A DNA stretch of 63,768 nt, the filler included, from Perkinsus chesapeaki ATCC PRA-425 (taxonomy: Eukaryota; Protista; Perkinsozoa), in the NCBI GenBank assembly GCA_013115145.1. It is 10 parts of 10 records of this genome, joined end to end, with 100 filler letters (N's around TTAATTAATTAA, not from the genome) between each part and the next. Parts side by side here need not be neighbours in the genome. Positions count along the whole stretch, not along the records: positions 22,353 to 40,117 come from JAAPAO010000679.1; positions 40,218 to 41,364 come from JAAPAO010002154.1; positions 41,465 to 51,386 come from JAAPAO010000920.1; 7 more parts are not named here. The stretch is one strand, 5' to 3'. The notes under the pieces are model-generated. The model was not told the DNA's origin. It was given only the letters and a program-made list of their open reading frames with translations, and searched no databases. The position numbers were made by a program, and so were the translations under genes. Positions 35,393 to 48,313 of this stretch are shown one piece after another. Each line of letters begins with the position of its first letter. The stretch's first letter is position 1.

Positions 35393-38300
35393 GTAAGCCG
35401 TTCCACAGCTGGAGATCCAGGCCTATTGGATTGAACTAATATCGTTATGGCTAGTTACACTAGTAGTTTATAGAAATGTAAGCCCCCTCGCAAAATAGTA
35501 AAACATTCTAGCATTCGTAGGCATTCCTCTACATTCCAAAGCATAAAGCCTAACGAGAGAAGGTTAGGACTTGAAACTCTGTGGTTAATTGTCACGTGGC
35601 AGTGCTCGATCTCGCCCATGCGTAATCAAGAACTAAAACTGTCTGACAGTTACTGTCAGAATCTGCACACTTACCAAATAATATGACCTCATCGCGTTAA
35701 ACGCGGTGAGGTCATATTACTTTGAAAACGTAATAGCAACGCGAGGTGTTGCTAACATTACTAACCTGTTGTATCGTGGAGCACTCGACAACCTCCTCGC
35801 TTCATGGGGGGATGCTGCTAAGTGCAAACCTTGCCGCATCTGGGAACATGTAACATTCGGATACCTTTGAAATTATCTTATAATTTGTCGTTTCCGCCTG
35901 TCAGCTAGTAAGGGATTCATCGCTCTTGTCTCTGGCCCGGAGACTCCAGAGAATCAGTGGTATTCGGGGAGGTGTTCGTTCTTGATTTGGCCTATACTTA
36001 CATACCGCCTTGGGACGCCGTGGAGCATTTCGACCTCTTTCTTATTCTGGTTATAAATTTGTTACCTTTGGCCCTCGGGTTACATCCCACTTTTTACATC
36101 CCATCACAGTTTTTCATCCCACTTTCCGCGGATAAGTTTTTTTGTATGTTGGGAGACAGCTTCGGTCATTTTGATAGATCATGGTGTCCAAGTGGAACTT
36201 TGGTGTTCTTGTGATACCCTCGTCAAACTCGGAGCAGTTCTCCCAGATCACTAACGTCCATCCGCCGTCTTCGTTGAACCAGATCAAACACTTTTCCGAC
36301 TTCGTTTAGAGATCGGTATCATGTCATCTGAACGAAAAAACAATACAGTATGACTGTTACAGTAAGCCTACCAGCGGTAGGCTACTGCTCAAGCGAGCGG
36401 AGTTACTAATACCTCTTCACTAATGAATTCCAATTATAGATTCGGTAATGGAGCAGGATAGAGTATATCCGATAGACTTTCAAGGTAAGTCTTTTTCGAT
36501 GCGGCATCGACGATGCCACTAGTGTAGTGATTATAGTACAAACTTGGGTTGCCCAAGTAGCGCTCCTTGGTGCCAGTATACATGGAAAACCCCTTCCTTC
36601 TCCATACTGGCTATCACACAACGTCCTATCACATTTTTCATCGGCTGTACACTACATCGAGAGACCAGCGAAACAGTTACCCTTAAGATAACCCTTCCGC
36701 GACTACCCACCAACATGTTTCTGGATCTGCGGTCAATCTAAACTGCGGGCGGATCGCCCAGAGCGATCCTCCTATATTTTCCCCAAGAAGCTCTCCCGCT
36801 TCCTCCTCACTCCCAGTTCTCTGTTACGTATACTATCAATATGGTCATTCGAGAGGCTGTTCCTTGCATCCACGATAACTGATGTCCCTTCCTCTCCTCC
36901 GCACACAGTTCTGCTCAAGTATGATGAGTTTGAATATCTGTCGCAATCTTGAGCCTTCGACGACGCCCGTGTTCCTTGAAAAAGTCGCGGTATAGTTGGT
37001 GATAGGTGTTCGCCCCGTCCGCAGCGTATTGGTGACGCCAACTTGCGACCCTTCGCTAACTCCCCAACGGCCATATGTTGCCGATGCGATTGCTAGCTCC
37101 ACCCTGAGCAGTAGCTTCAAGGCTTCGGCGGAGTGAGGGGATTCCATTACATCAAACGAGTCGCTATACGACGGTCGGTATCGCGGAACAGATCTGTTGA
37201 AACTGTGACTTGCCCAGGGGAATTCTCTGGGCAAGTCGCATTGATCCTCTGAAAGGATGCGAACGGAAACCGCATATACATATGTATATTAGTACTATCG
37301 CACATATCCTGTATTCCGTTCACCAGTAATTGGTCGAGTGATTTGGCATCACTTCACGTCGCGAATTTCTCGTAGTGCTGCCTACGAAATTCATCCAACA
37401 ACCTTTTGCGGGGGGCGTCATTATTGATTGTTCATTTACTCAACTTACGTAAGTTAGACGATATTAGGTGTATCTTAGGCATCTAGTGAAGAGAGTTGTA
37501 GGCATACAGCCTAAGAGACGATCGTCGAGTATTTATTCGGTGGATGACTATGATGAATTAGGAGGTGCCAGTGGTATAGATGAGACCACTCAGAGAGTGG
37601 CCTTCGAGGATATAGGAGGAAGAGTGTAAGCCCTTTTCGTTCCATTCCAGCCTTCATCGATCTGTGTTATTATGCATATCCAGTTTTGGGTAGACATAAT
37701 TCGCCGGTCATTGTTACGTATACTATAATCATTATGAGCAACTAGCCTTTCCGATTGTATGTGTGGGTTCAGGTATGTCCTCGGCGACAACCCCAAGCGG
37801 AGTGTTGATAGCAGGTAAGGTCTCTCCATTATATTTCGACATGTGCCGCAATTTCGTCGTTCGAATTTTCACTTGTTTGTAAACGTGTTAAGCGAGTAGG
37901 TGTAGGCAGTAGCCTAATCGTGTTTGTGAACGCATTGTGCGAATGGATTGAGATAATGCCCCAGCGGGCTTTTATGTATCTTCGTATGGCACACGTAACT
38001 CTTCATTCTTCCTTTATCAGGACATTTGGCCCCATCCCGCAGCCCTTGATAGATGGCCTAGTTGTAGGGGTTATTTGGCCGCCGTGGCGTCTATCGTGGG
38101 TGCCTCGACCGCCAGATGAAGATGACGAGGATGACTACGATGATAATGCACAATGAGAAGTTTGTTTCCATCGATTTTCATCGGTATTGCTTTTAACACT
38201 AGCTCCGTCACATCCCAGAACTGGTATAGTTGGTACGATAAGAACTTCTAACTTCGGACGATCAATCGGCATTCGAAGTGTCGACTGATCATAGAAGGAA

Positions 38301-38523
38301 TATATCTGGTGCTTCTTCTCTCGCTAGTGAGAAGCTAGGAATAGAGGTTTGCGAGAGGTTATGAGAAGCTCGCTGGGTCCCTAGCGTACCTTATATTCTC
38401 ACGCTAGGACGTATTATGCGCGGTTTGTTGCTTGTATAAATGCATGGTAGCTCTAGTTCGCTCATCGTCTTCGTTCTCACCTCAATCCTGTTCAGTTTAC
38501 TCTAGTTCTTCCCCTTTGTTTCT

Positions 38524-39539
38524 ATGCCTGTTATTTGTCTGGGTCCAGTCTGTATTCCCATATGGCCTCTAGTGGCATTGATACTGAAACCGTTGTGGGA
38601 TCTGCTGCCGCAGCATACACGAGAGTTCATAGCGGACAAATGGTCAGTTCTCACTAACAGCAAGATTTCAACGTGTTCAGTTTAGGTACACTTTTTGGGA
38701 GCATTTAACGTTTATCCCGGAGAGATTCAGACCCCGTAGGCCCTCAGCCAGGCGGGGACAAGTCCACTGCGAGAACGGCGTTTGCACTTGGGTAAAGCCT
38801 GGTGCAAAACAAGAGGAAAAAATCGAAGACTCGAATGCTGAATGTGCGGGTGTGTTGCAGAAGTCAAGCTTATTTTTCGGCTTTAGCCAAGAACGATGGT
38901 GAAGTTATCGAGCTTGAAGACGCCGAGCATTTTGATAAGCTAGCGGCCGAGAACAAGCTACTCGTGGTAAGCCTCTGGGCACTAAAGGATATTATTTGTA
39001 CGCTCACGCATCATATGACCATCTACAGATTCACAACAGTGCCCTTTTTCTATGCAGTAAGTGTTACGTATTTATTAGTTGTGAGGGTTATTTGAAAAGT
39101 GTATTACGTATAAGTATTATATTGTTGTTCGTGCCCATTTGAAGTGTACGATATTTAGAACTGTACAGGGGGGTTATTCTTTGCCTTTGTTTGGTTTCAT
39201 CGGATACTCGGATTCTGAGAGTTTTGGGTTCAGGTCGACTACAGTGCAGAGTGGTGCAAACCGTGCCAGAAAATGGCGCCAATTTTTGCTGATCTCGCGC
39301 TGGAGTACAAAGACAAGGCTGCATTCGTTCACGTCGACGTTGGTGAGCTTGCTCCTGTGAATTCTAGCATTCCTATTCCCCCTCTATCAGATGAGTGTGA
39401 CGATCTGGCCATGGACCACGGCGTCGCCAGTCTTCCGGCCTTCCGAATTTACCAAGGCAGCGAGACGTTGGAGTCCATTGTGGGTGCTGATGAAAAAAAG
39501 CTTCGAGCAGCAGTCTCGAAAAGATGTCGCAGCCATTAG
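38524..39539 (+). CDS. Thioredoxin with N-terminal hydrophobic extension
   Basis: The exon from 39233 reads VDYSAEWCKPCQKMAPIF; the last exon reads ECDDLAMDHGVASLPAF. First exon MPVICLGPVCIPIWPLVALILKPLW. Confidence 0.8.
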
Positions 39540-40001
39540 TTTACGTCAGTACTTCCGATGCAATGTAACTGTTGAATAGACTTTACTTGTTCTTGTTGTG
39601 TTCTAAAGTTGTCTCTATGAGAAATGCAACAGTAATGACCGGCTCAACCTTCTAGGTTGGAGTTGGCCTCTGCTACAGAGAGTCAAACACTCTGTATGAA
39701 ATATTAAGTACCTAGGGATCTACTGGCTGCACCAGTAGAAGTAAGAAGTTCATACAATTACATGCAAACGACAATGACGACGCTTTCGTCCCTCAAAGTT
39801 ACCCGCAGCTTTCCTCTGTACAAAGCGGCAGGCGAAATAATATGCAGGACAGATTCAGGGCCAAGTTAGCCCGGCTAACCAACGCAACGATAGGGGAAAT
39901 AATGAGATAAGATTGAATATCATTATATGAATATTGTGTATAGTAAGGGATGATAGCTCAATTCAGCTTTACTGTATAATGAACTGTCTTGAAAAGAGTT
40001 T

Positions 40002-40097
40002 TTAGTTGCTCTTGTTCTGAGCCTTCTCGGCAGCAGTTTCGACAGCGAAGTTCTTCTCGATCTGATCGAGATCTTGCTGGGCGGCCATCAATGCGCT
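40002..40097 (-). CDS. C-terminal fragment of a gene cut by the gap
   Basis: Open helical sequence AARELTSALMAAQQDLDQIEKNFAVETAAEKAQNKSN-stop. Confidence 0.45.
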   Translation of the reverse strand, partial: SALMAAQQDLDQIEKNFAVETAAEKAQNKSN

Positions 40098-40304
40098 AGT
40101 CAGTTCACGAGCAGCAGNNNNNNNNNNNNNNNNNNNNNNNNNNNNNNNNNNNNNNNNNNNNTTAATTAATTAANNNNNNNNNNNNNNNNNNNNNNNNNNN
40201 NNNNNNNNNNNNNNNNNTTTCTTCTATTTTTTTGTGGTTTTGTATTTTTTTTCCTGGCCGGGTTTTGGGTTTTTTAATTTCTTTTGTTTTTTTTATTAAA
40301 ATAA

Positions 40305-41033
40305 TTATCCCGCGCCCCCCCCGCCCCCCCCCCCCCCCCTGACCACCTTCTTAGATTTACTCGAAGACTTGGTTGTCTTGTGTAAGTTTGCACTAATTAC
40401 TGGGTAGTAGAGACCTTGTCTTCCTCCTTCATTCGGCGGGCCTTGTTGTACTTCCCATACTTTGCTTTGCTTTTTTTTCTCATTCCTTTCGTCCTCGAAC
40501 TTCCTCTTCACCGAGACACTATCTGCATAAGGACAGAACTCTATCCTGTTACGAACTAAGTGGTCGCCTGCCCGGGGCAATCTACAGAGGGGACATCGCT
40601 TCTGCCCCTTTTGCATCTTATCAGGTACTTGGATGCCTAATTTCTCAATTCGTTCTTGAGCTCTCTGCTTTCTGTCGTCCACTGGTTTTTCGGCGGGCCC
40701 CTTTGGACACTTCCCGCGTGGGTGTCCTGCTTTTCCGATAGGTTCACCGCACGTACGACATCTTTGCTTAGCAGAAATCTCGTCAGCGCTAGGCCCGGGG
40801 AGAAATTCACTTTCACCATCCATTTTTCGCTTGTTGTGGAGCGGCGTTGGATGGTTGAGTACATCTTGCAGCTCTGCATTGATCGTGGTTGCCTCACGAT
40901 TGAATGCACCCAGTCGAAGGGGTTGTTCTTCCCGTTCACGCATGTCCTTGAACCACTGAAGTGCGTGAGCATAGGTGACAGCAAGTAGTGGCTCATCCGG
41001 CTGTGTGGATGATGACGATGGTCTGGTAACCAT
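40305..41033 (-). CDS. Zn-knuckle-containing ORF, probably transposon-derived
   Basis: CRTCGEPIGKAGHPRGKC and CPLCRLPRAGDHLVRNRIEFC. The contig ends are low-complexity and low-quality. Confidence 0.5.
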   Translation of the reverse strand: MVTRPSSSSTQPDEPLLAVTYAHALQWFKDMREREEQPLRLGAFNREATTINAELQDVLNHPTPLHNKRKMDGESEFLPGPSADEISAKQRCRTCGEPIGKAGHPRGKCPKGPAEKPVDDRKQRAQERIEKLGIQVPDKMQKGQKRCPLCRLPRAGDHLVRNRIEFCPYADSVSVKRKFEDERNEKKKQSKVWEVQQGPPNEGGRQGLYYPVISANLHKTTKSSSKSKKVVRGGGGGGGGAG

Positions 41034-41793
41034 TCTACGATAGAACTACGTTTTTAGTAATTGTATAAGCGTGCATGATTTCCTCCCTTTTTCGACCGTG
41101 GAAGGAAACGGTTTCGTACGGTTGAACGCGCGCGCCTCCAGCGAGTTTGAACGCGCATGTGTCTACGTGTCTGCGTGCACCTTAGCCGTGACGCCGAGCT
41201 ACCCCCTAGCACAACAGCATGTACCACTGATAATGAGTGAACCGAACATAGTGACTATGTACTGACTGAATTACTCCTTCTTCCTCCCTTTTCTTCCCTT
41301 TTTTCTCTCTTCTTCCCTTTTTCCTTCCCCTTCTCCTCCTTTCTTTCCTTTTTCTTTTCCCCCCNNNNNNNNNNNNNNNNNNNNNNNNNNNNNNNNNNNN
41401 NNNNNNNNTTAATTAATTAANNNNNNNNNNNNNNNNNNNNNNNNNNNNNNNNNNNNNNNNNNNNGGCGCGTGCTCGGTTGCTCAACAGTAGTGGGCGTTG
41501 GGACATGCTAGTCAGGAGCGGAAGCACCCATGTGATGGAGCTCCGTTCCTTCCCAGAACCAACGCCCACTAGTCTATGGCGAGGGATGGCTAGTCATGGT
41601 GTTTCAACTAGCTCTCGCGAGCGCTCGTCTCATCCCAGCCGGACTACACGTCCGTGACTGACTATGTGGCCCGAACAGCCATAGAGAAGTAGGGACAAGT
41701 CCAACAAAGGAGCAGCGACGACAGTGAAAGGGCAGGGTAACAGAATCGGGAAGTCCAAAGAAACCCCGCTGAGCTGATGGGGCAGTAGTAGGT

Positions 41794-43066
41794 CTAGACG
41801 TGGGGTAGAGACATGAGTGAATCACTGTTGGGGAGGCGGAGGTTGTGGAGTCCGCTGGCGCATATTGCGACGCTCTCGCTCGGATCGATCGGAGTCGACA
41901 GCGGGGCGGCGTAAGTTGGCAGACGGACCGGTCGAGTTTGTATTGCGAGATGACCGCTGTCGATGTCGCCACGGCAAGTAGTGGCAGGCGTTACGTAACG
42001 TAACTTACGTTTTAAGAAGGGAAACTCCTCTCGCGTGAAACGGCACCAGCCTGAAGTTGAGGAAGTCGGAGTAGCCAGGGGGGAGGAGACAGCTGGTGAG
42101 GCTCGAAAGGACCCGTAGATCTCAGCTGTAAGCCCGGGATCGTTTGGCGAAGCGAGGCAAGTCAGGAGGCACTCGGAGTAAGACTTGGCAGTTGCACTGC
42201 TCATAGCCCGAGCTTTTTGAGCCAGACCTTCCCTGTAACGCCGATCGTAGGCTATGGCCGCGTCAGCGTTCAGCTGGGAAGCGACCTTGGCGAGGAAGAG
42301 GGGATATTCGAGAACTCCCGTGCCACAACGACTCTCCGACAAGGTTTGTAGGCAGAATAGCCACGGAAGAGTCGTAACTTACGACTCGTAAGCATCAGTT
42401 CGGGGAAAGTGCGGGGGCGTCTGTCTTGATCGCGGGACGTAGTAGTATGATGAGGAGTGAAGTAGAGGTCGACATATGAGTCGACATCATCTTTGAGGCG
42501 ACGAAGCAACCGCGGCGAAGGCGATGAAGCTGGCGAGGGGATGCCGCCCCAGTAGGACTGGGAGTAGCCAATCGAGCCGCGTCGACCCCTCCGGTAACAG
42601 AAACTGTTGAGGTGGCCCGGGTAATGGCGGACCGGAGGATACGTTGATACTTAATGATGACTAGGGCTGAGGCCTGCTTATTGCCCTTAAGAAGGTGGAG
42701 CTCCGGATGAGCTGCAGCTTCGGCAAGTTGTTGGCAGAGAGTCCCGCTGGAGTCTTTCCCTAGCTCGGAAAGAGCCGCCGCCGAGGTGACACTGATAGAG
42801 CTCAGGGCTTGTTGAAGGTTCTGGACAGCGGCAGCGTCGTCAGGGGTCTCGTCGAAGAAAACGCTCAGGGGGGAAGTGGTCGCGGAGGATGACGAGGAGG
42901 CGGACATAGGAGGAAAAGGAGCACTGACCGGACAAGCACACTCAGATGAGGAATCCCCAACCAAGGCGTATGTCGCGGGAGTGCGGCTCCAGAGGGGCAA
43001 TCCTAGTGATTGACACAACCCCGAGAGCAGACGTAAGGCCCGCAAAGGGCCGCCCATAGGTGCCAT
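41794..43066 (-). mobile_element. Frameshifted gag-like relic, DIRS/Ngaro-type
   Basis: Three overlapping frames. PRTFPELML..LEYPLFLAKVASQL..AAIAYDRRYREGLA resembles the YDxxFR gag motif of tyrosine-recombinase retrotransposons. No RT or YR seen. Confidence 0.45.
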
Positions 43067-44155
43067 GAGGGCACGGGCGCATATGTGGGCAAACAGATGT
43101 GATGTTGGTAGCTTAGCCCAACCGGACGGCGTGCAAAATGCATGCTGCCGCTGCGGGAATACCGCACCACTTGCCCTCTACTTGAGGGGAGCACCCAAAC
43201 ATTTGTCTGCCACTAGACCTTGGATCTGGGCGACACACCGGTGCTCGCAAACGTCAGAGACAGCGCAGGGAGGTTGACTGCGCGGAGCTATGTTTCAGTT
43301 GTACGCATGCGTTGATCTTCCCTCCGCGCGCGCCATTTGACAGGGTCCAATAGATTGAACTGTTACGAAACTCTCAAAGTAAGTGCCAAATAACAACTGC
43401 CTAAAACAAATATAACTCACATCTACGACTACATGCTAGTCATCACCAAATGCAGTTATCTAATAGTTATCTAGTACAATTAACAGCACGCATACTCATA
43501 GCGCGGTCACAAGGCGAGCGAGATCCACAGATGGAGCCGCCGCACAAACGACACAAAAGGCAGATATACTGAAACCTACATAACTTATCATCATAGCTCG
43601 TCATGCCTAGTGGGCACACGACATCAATAATTTGACAGAAGGGCGTCGTGTCGGATTCAAACAACGCACTGACGTGAGGGAAGGAGAGGCGCGTAAAACT
43701 GTGTGAGATTGAAAACTACACCATTTAAGGCTGGGATTCAGGACATCAAACTAGATTTTCATCGAAACCTATCGAAGACTCATGAATTCAATTTGCATTT
43801 TGAGTGGATGAATATCTAATGCTTCCCGTGATACTTTCAAATTCGGTTTATCGGTGATAATAATGACTTTTATTTCGTTTCGAACTCTGAATATCATCAA
43901 AGTGAATACCATTATACATTAAAACTCCGCCCATTTTCAGTAAACGAAACACACACTTGGGCAGACGAAAAACTTCACGCGCGCGTGTTGCTCCAAGAGG
44001 AGTCTTGTCTTGAAAAGGACATTACCGTGCCCGGGCCAACAGTTGAGAACTGATGTAGCATCAGTGAACAAGGTGCACAGAGACCCGTTTCGCATACGTT
44101 GGCTGCACAGAGAATGGATAGTCTAACTGAGCCAATTCCGGCGTTCGACTATAAA

Positions 44156-44157
<2 letters not shown>

Positions 44158-44192
<35 letters not shown>
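44158..44192 (+). repeat. (CA)17 microsatellite
   Basis: Direct inspection. Confidence 0.95.
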
Positions 44193-44194
<2 letters not shown>

Positions 44195-45224
44195 GTTTCG
44201 CTCCACGGCGTGGAGGCCACGCGTGCAGAATCGGACAGAGGAACCGCTTCAAGCCCCACTCACAGTCGTTCTCTGGACTTTTGACGTGGCCGTCGGCCAC
44301 TGGCCGACCACAAAGTATTATAGTCTATAATTTATAGATAATTGGATACCTACCGCAGGATAGAGTCTATCCGATAGACATCAAAGCGGGCAGCATGCTC
44401 GCTATGTGGGGCGAACGGCCTCTCGCGCTCCGAAGGGCGCAGCAAAAAATGTCCAGTAAAAGCCACATAAACCAGCTGGCGGTTGCGCCACCTGTGCTCC
44501 AGACAGTGTGCTGCCCTGCGCCTGCTGTCTAACTCTTCCTCTTTTATTCGTTGAAGAGATCGAGATAGCGAGTCTAGTCTCAGAACCTGTAAGTGATACG
44601 TTCTGCTGTTAGAAGTCTATCTTCGATTTGTTCTCGGTTGTTTGAGGGATCGTTCACTGGAGGCCCGGTTCTCTCACAATTGAGCTAGCCGCTCAGGGTC
44701 GCGATGCGCCACGCCACGGTTGCCTGGCGCTTAGCCTAGGAATCCTAAGTTAGGATGTGTGCTTGGGGGCAGAAGAACACTCTTTAATTATTTGTTGTTC
44801 GAATATTTGTAGCGGCTGTGCTTGATATTTGTGTTCACATTAGCCGACGACTGTCCGGGGCACAGGTAGCATGACCGTCAGCTGCTGCTCAATGCAACCT
44901 CCGAATTACGGGCCTCAACGGTAGTGCGTCACGCCTAGTTCTTGAGCCAGTGTTAGCCTAGCTGTGCATCCGTTGGTCACTCACTGCCTTTGACAGAATC
45001 GCTGACTTACGGCCCGTATGCGGGCCTTCACCCTTCTACTTCACGGCTGTGGTATCTGGGCTATCATAATTTGGTGACCAGTCCCCTTGATTTTTTTTCG
45101 TATCTTGAATAATACAAAATTTAAAATGCACTGTATTTTAAATCTTTTTCTGATTGTGGTCGAGGTTCAATTAGAGATCAATCTGATTGATTAAATCAGG
45201 TTTAACAAATAATCGCGAATCTCA

Positions 45225-46304
45225 ATGACAGTCTTTGTTGATATGACGACATTTCCAAGACTATCAAGGTATATATTAGACTATTGTCTAGTTTGGTCCT
45301 TTGGAGAGCCTAGGGTCGTCTTTGGTCAACTACCATACCCGCCCAACGACCCCTACTTTCCAATGCAGAAACCCCTATTTGAGTCACTGCATATCGAAGA
45401 GACCTGGAAGGCGGTCCGAGAGTCTGGGTTATCCCGTAGAGATGTCATTGTTACTGTCATCGACACGGGTGTCACCACTAAGCAACCTGACCTCGTGGGC
45501 AAACTATTGGAAGGGCAAGACGCTTCTGGTTCTCCAGAGCCATCAGTCGAAGACATGAATGGCCATGGTACGAAGTTGACCAGTGTTATCGCTGCGGGGA
45601 TCAACAATGGTATAGGAATCGCTGGGATAACTGATAAAGTTAAAATACGACCGATTAGGTTAACTGCTTTTCCCAGTGGAGACACTACAGAAGTGGAAAC
45701 CGAAAGTGCGTGGAAGTTGGCAAGCAAGTTCAAGGATTCTGATGTTATAGTGATGGCTTTTGCTGGTCCATTCTCCAAAAATGCGTCCATGATGTACAGA
45801 CAGGTGATCAAGAAGGCCGTCAAGCAGGGTAAATTCGCTGTCGTTTCCGCTCGAAACTCCGACGAATCGACTGGGCCGGAGGAGGTTTATCTACCCTGTT
45901 TATTGGCGAGCTCTATGCCTGGTCTGGTGTGCGTTGCTGCGACATTAGCATCAAACCCTATGGTGTTGGAAAGTGAAGCCTCTCTGTTGGCTAGCTTTGG
46001 TGCGCCTGGTACGGATGTCATGGTAGCAGAGATAGCGGATGGAACTGGGGTGTGGAAGTATGAGGAAGCAGGAGGCTCTTCTGCTGCTACTGCGATTGTT
46101 GGTGGTATAGCAGCTCTAATGCAAAGCTTCAAGAAATTCAGACCAGATGTGATGAAGGAAATATTATTGAATGCTACTGTGGGCAAAGTAGAAACAGCAA
46201 AGGGAGTGGAGATGCTGTATGGCGTACTTCAACCTGATCTTGCTGTTAAACGAGCAATTGAGTTGGCAAGACATCCTCGTGGCAAGAGAGCAACACATCA
46301 ATGA
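45225..46304 (+). CDS. Subtilisin-like serine protease (S8), intronless
   Basis: PNDP start, VIDTG (Asp), GHGT (His), GGSSAATAIVGG (Ser aligned to GTSMA). The oxyanion region reads SARN instead of AAGN. Confidence 0.9.
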   Translation: MTVFVDMTTFPRLSRYILDYCLVWSFGEPRVVFGQLPYPPNDPYFPMQKPLFESLHIEETWKAVRESGLSRRDVIVTVIDTGVTTKQPDLVGKLLEGQDASGSPEPSVEDMNGHGTKLTSVIAAGINNGIGIAGITDKVKIRPIRLTAFPSGDTTEVETESAWKLASKFKDSDVIVMAFAGPFSKNASMMYRQVIKKAVKQGKFAVVSARNSDESTGPEEVYLPCLLASSMPGLVCVAATLASNPMVLESEASLLASFGAPGTDVMVAEIADGTGVWKYEEAGGSSAATAIVGGIAALMQSFKKFRPDVMKEILLNATVGKVETAKGVEMLYGVLQPDLAVKRAIELARHPRGKRATHQ

Positions 46305-48313
46305 TTAATTTTCTTATCTTTCTAATAGAAGGCTCACGTGGAATGTCGTATGATTGATAAATCATGAATGATGATGGCAGTACCAATTTATATTATCTTT
46401 ATTTCCAATCTTTGATGACGATTCAGGTAGTTTTGATTATACGGAGGCTTACATCAGCGCGTATCCTATTACCGCTCGCCTCATTGGCTCTGTGGATCGA
46501 TCTATTTGAGCCGGAGTTATCCCCGCCGGTTTTTAGTCATCAAATTTTCAGTAAGCAAACATGCTGTTGGTGCTCTACCGAGTAAGCAGCTGTAAGTATG
46601 GACGGTTCTGTTCCAAGTTGCTTGAAACAGATTCGGATAGTCGCAGATATAGTCGTGCTAGCATTTCGTGTGTGCGTTTTGTCGGAGCGCACGTGCGCCC
46701 TTGCTCGTCTGGACCACACGCGTGTTTTCGCTCACTGGATTTTTTCATGGTCAGAGGTGAACGGTTTGTAGTGGGACCCTAAATAGATACGCAGAGTGGT
46801 GATTGGAGTCCTTTCTGCATCTCATTAGTCTTCTTTTCAAACCTCAACCGCTATGCGTTCAGTGGGTGGCGACAAAGCAACACATATATGGGTTAAGTTC
46901 CCCCATCGTTTGAAAACAAGGCGAGTGATATCACGAGTCGTTAACAAACAGTATTACAAGCCGGGCTCACCACCACAGCGACTCATTTCGGCGTACAATG
47001 AACTCATAGGAATTTCCCTAATTCATTCTGGATGATGCTACTCACGTGAGAGCTAGTCTTTGACAATTGGAATTCACAGGTGCCCGCCAAGAAAGAGTTC
47101 TCCGGTCCACTTTGATATTGAATATAGGTCGTTTGGACTTTAACCGAGTCGAATTAACCCGGGCTCATTAGACCCTTACCTATTTATGTTACCAGTGAGG
47201 AGGCATGAGTTATTTCGTGTAAACGTGATATTGACAATATCCCATTCCGACGTCGAAAATTTCGAGCGTGCTTATACCAACGGAAACGCAAGAGTCCTTT
47301 CATAATAAGCCTTTCCGTCTCTGAAATTCTTCACAGTGCGCAAAGATACCTTCAAAGACCTTTATTGTACTCCAGGTCGCCATGCCCCAGCAGATCGGGC
47401 TCAAGTAATTCCTCTGAGATGATACCTGTCTGGAGGGAATGCAGCGATGCTTGCAGGCAGACCGGATGGCCATCTGTGCCACCATGTTGATTCCGTATAT
47501 GGCCAAGCACTGCGAAAGGCGGATATACACTGGGACGACATAAGCAGGATACCAGAAATGACATGGGAAACCGAAGACTCCGGTCCGAAGTCAAGGGTGT
47601 GCAATTTGCACCGTGCAACCACTCTCGCCGGGGAGGGTTCACCTCGTTCACCTCGGAAATTTCGCAAAGTAGCATCGACGTCATAGTCCTTGCGGATAGC
47701 GTTGATGGATACTCTCATAAGAATACCTGTCTTAGTTGCTCACAACGAGAGCACAAAGTCAATCAATCATTCCGTGGCGCCGCGCTCCGACTCGGAGCCT
47801 CTGAGCGCCTGTCAAATCAACAGTATTGAACAAAATGCTTGTTCCGCAGTTTTTTGAACTGGATTCTATGGGCAGTTATTGGAGACAATAGAGACTTGTT
47901 CGAGGCTTCAACAAGAGCTATTGAACTTAAAGTCCACGGCACATCCGGGCCGAGCCCCGGCGCACAGACGGTCTGTGACAGACCTTTGGCACAGGAGTTG
48001 GTTTCCCATTTTGAGGATCCCAAATTAGCGATATTCGACCAAATACTTTCATTTTTGCGTCATTATTCCCAGTACAAACCCTGTATTTTGCACTGCGAAG
48101 TTTTCAGCTGCGAGTCACAGCCCGCGATAGCATCAGACAACTTAGTTTGTGTACCGTGGCCGTGACATACCTTAGCGTATCCCAATTTGTCGTTCAGCGA
48201 CACAATGGACAGCTCCACTTTGTGCTGCAAGCGCCACTTACTTCAGGATGGCGAGATTCGCTTTCAACACTTTGCTCGCACCTTTCTCTTCGAAGTTATC
48301 CTGCACGCTCTTT

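Noticed and set aside
40218-40340. Poly-T/poly-C tract suggesting a retroposed tail or Gly-rich C-terminus
   Set aside because: At a contig end next to a gap, with the look of low-quality read sequence. The mirror tract at 41270-41364 is similar.
47300-48165. Short ORFs between the subtilisins, possibly transposase debris
   Set aside because: No diagnostic motif could be identified.
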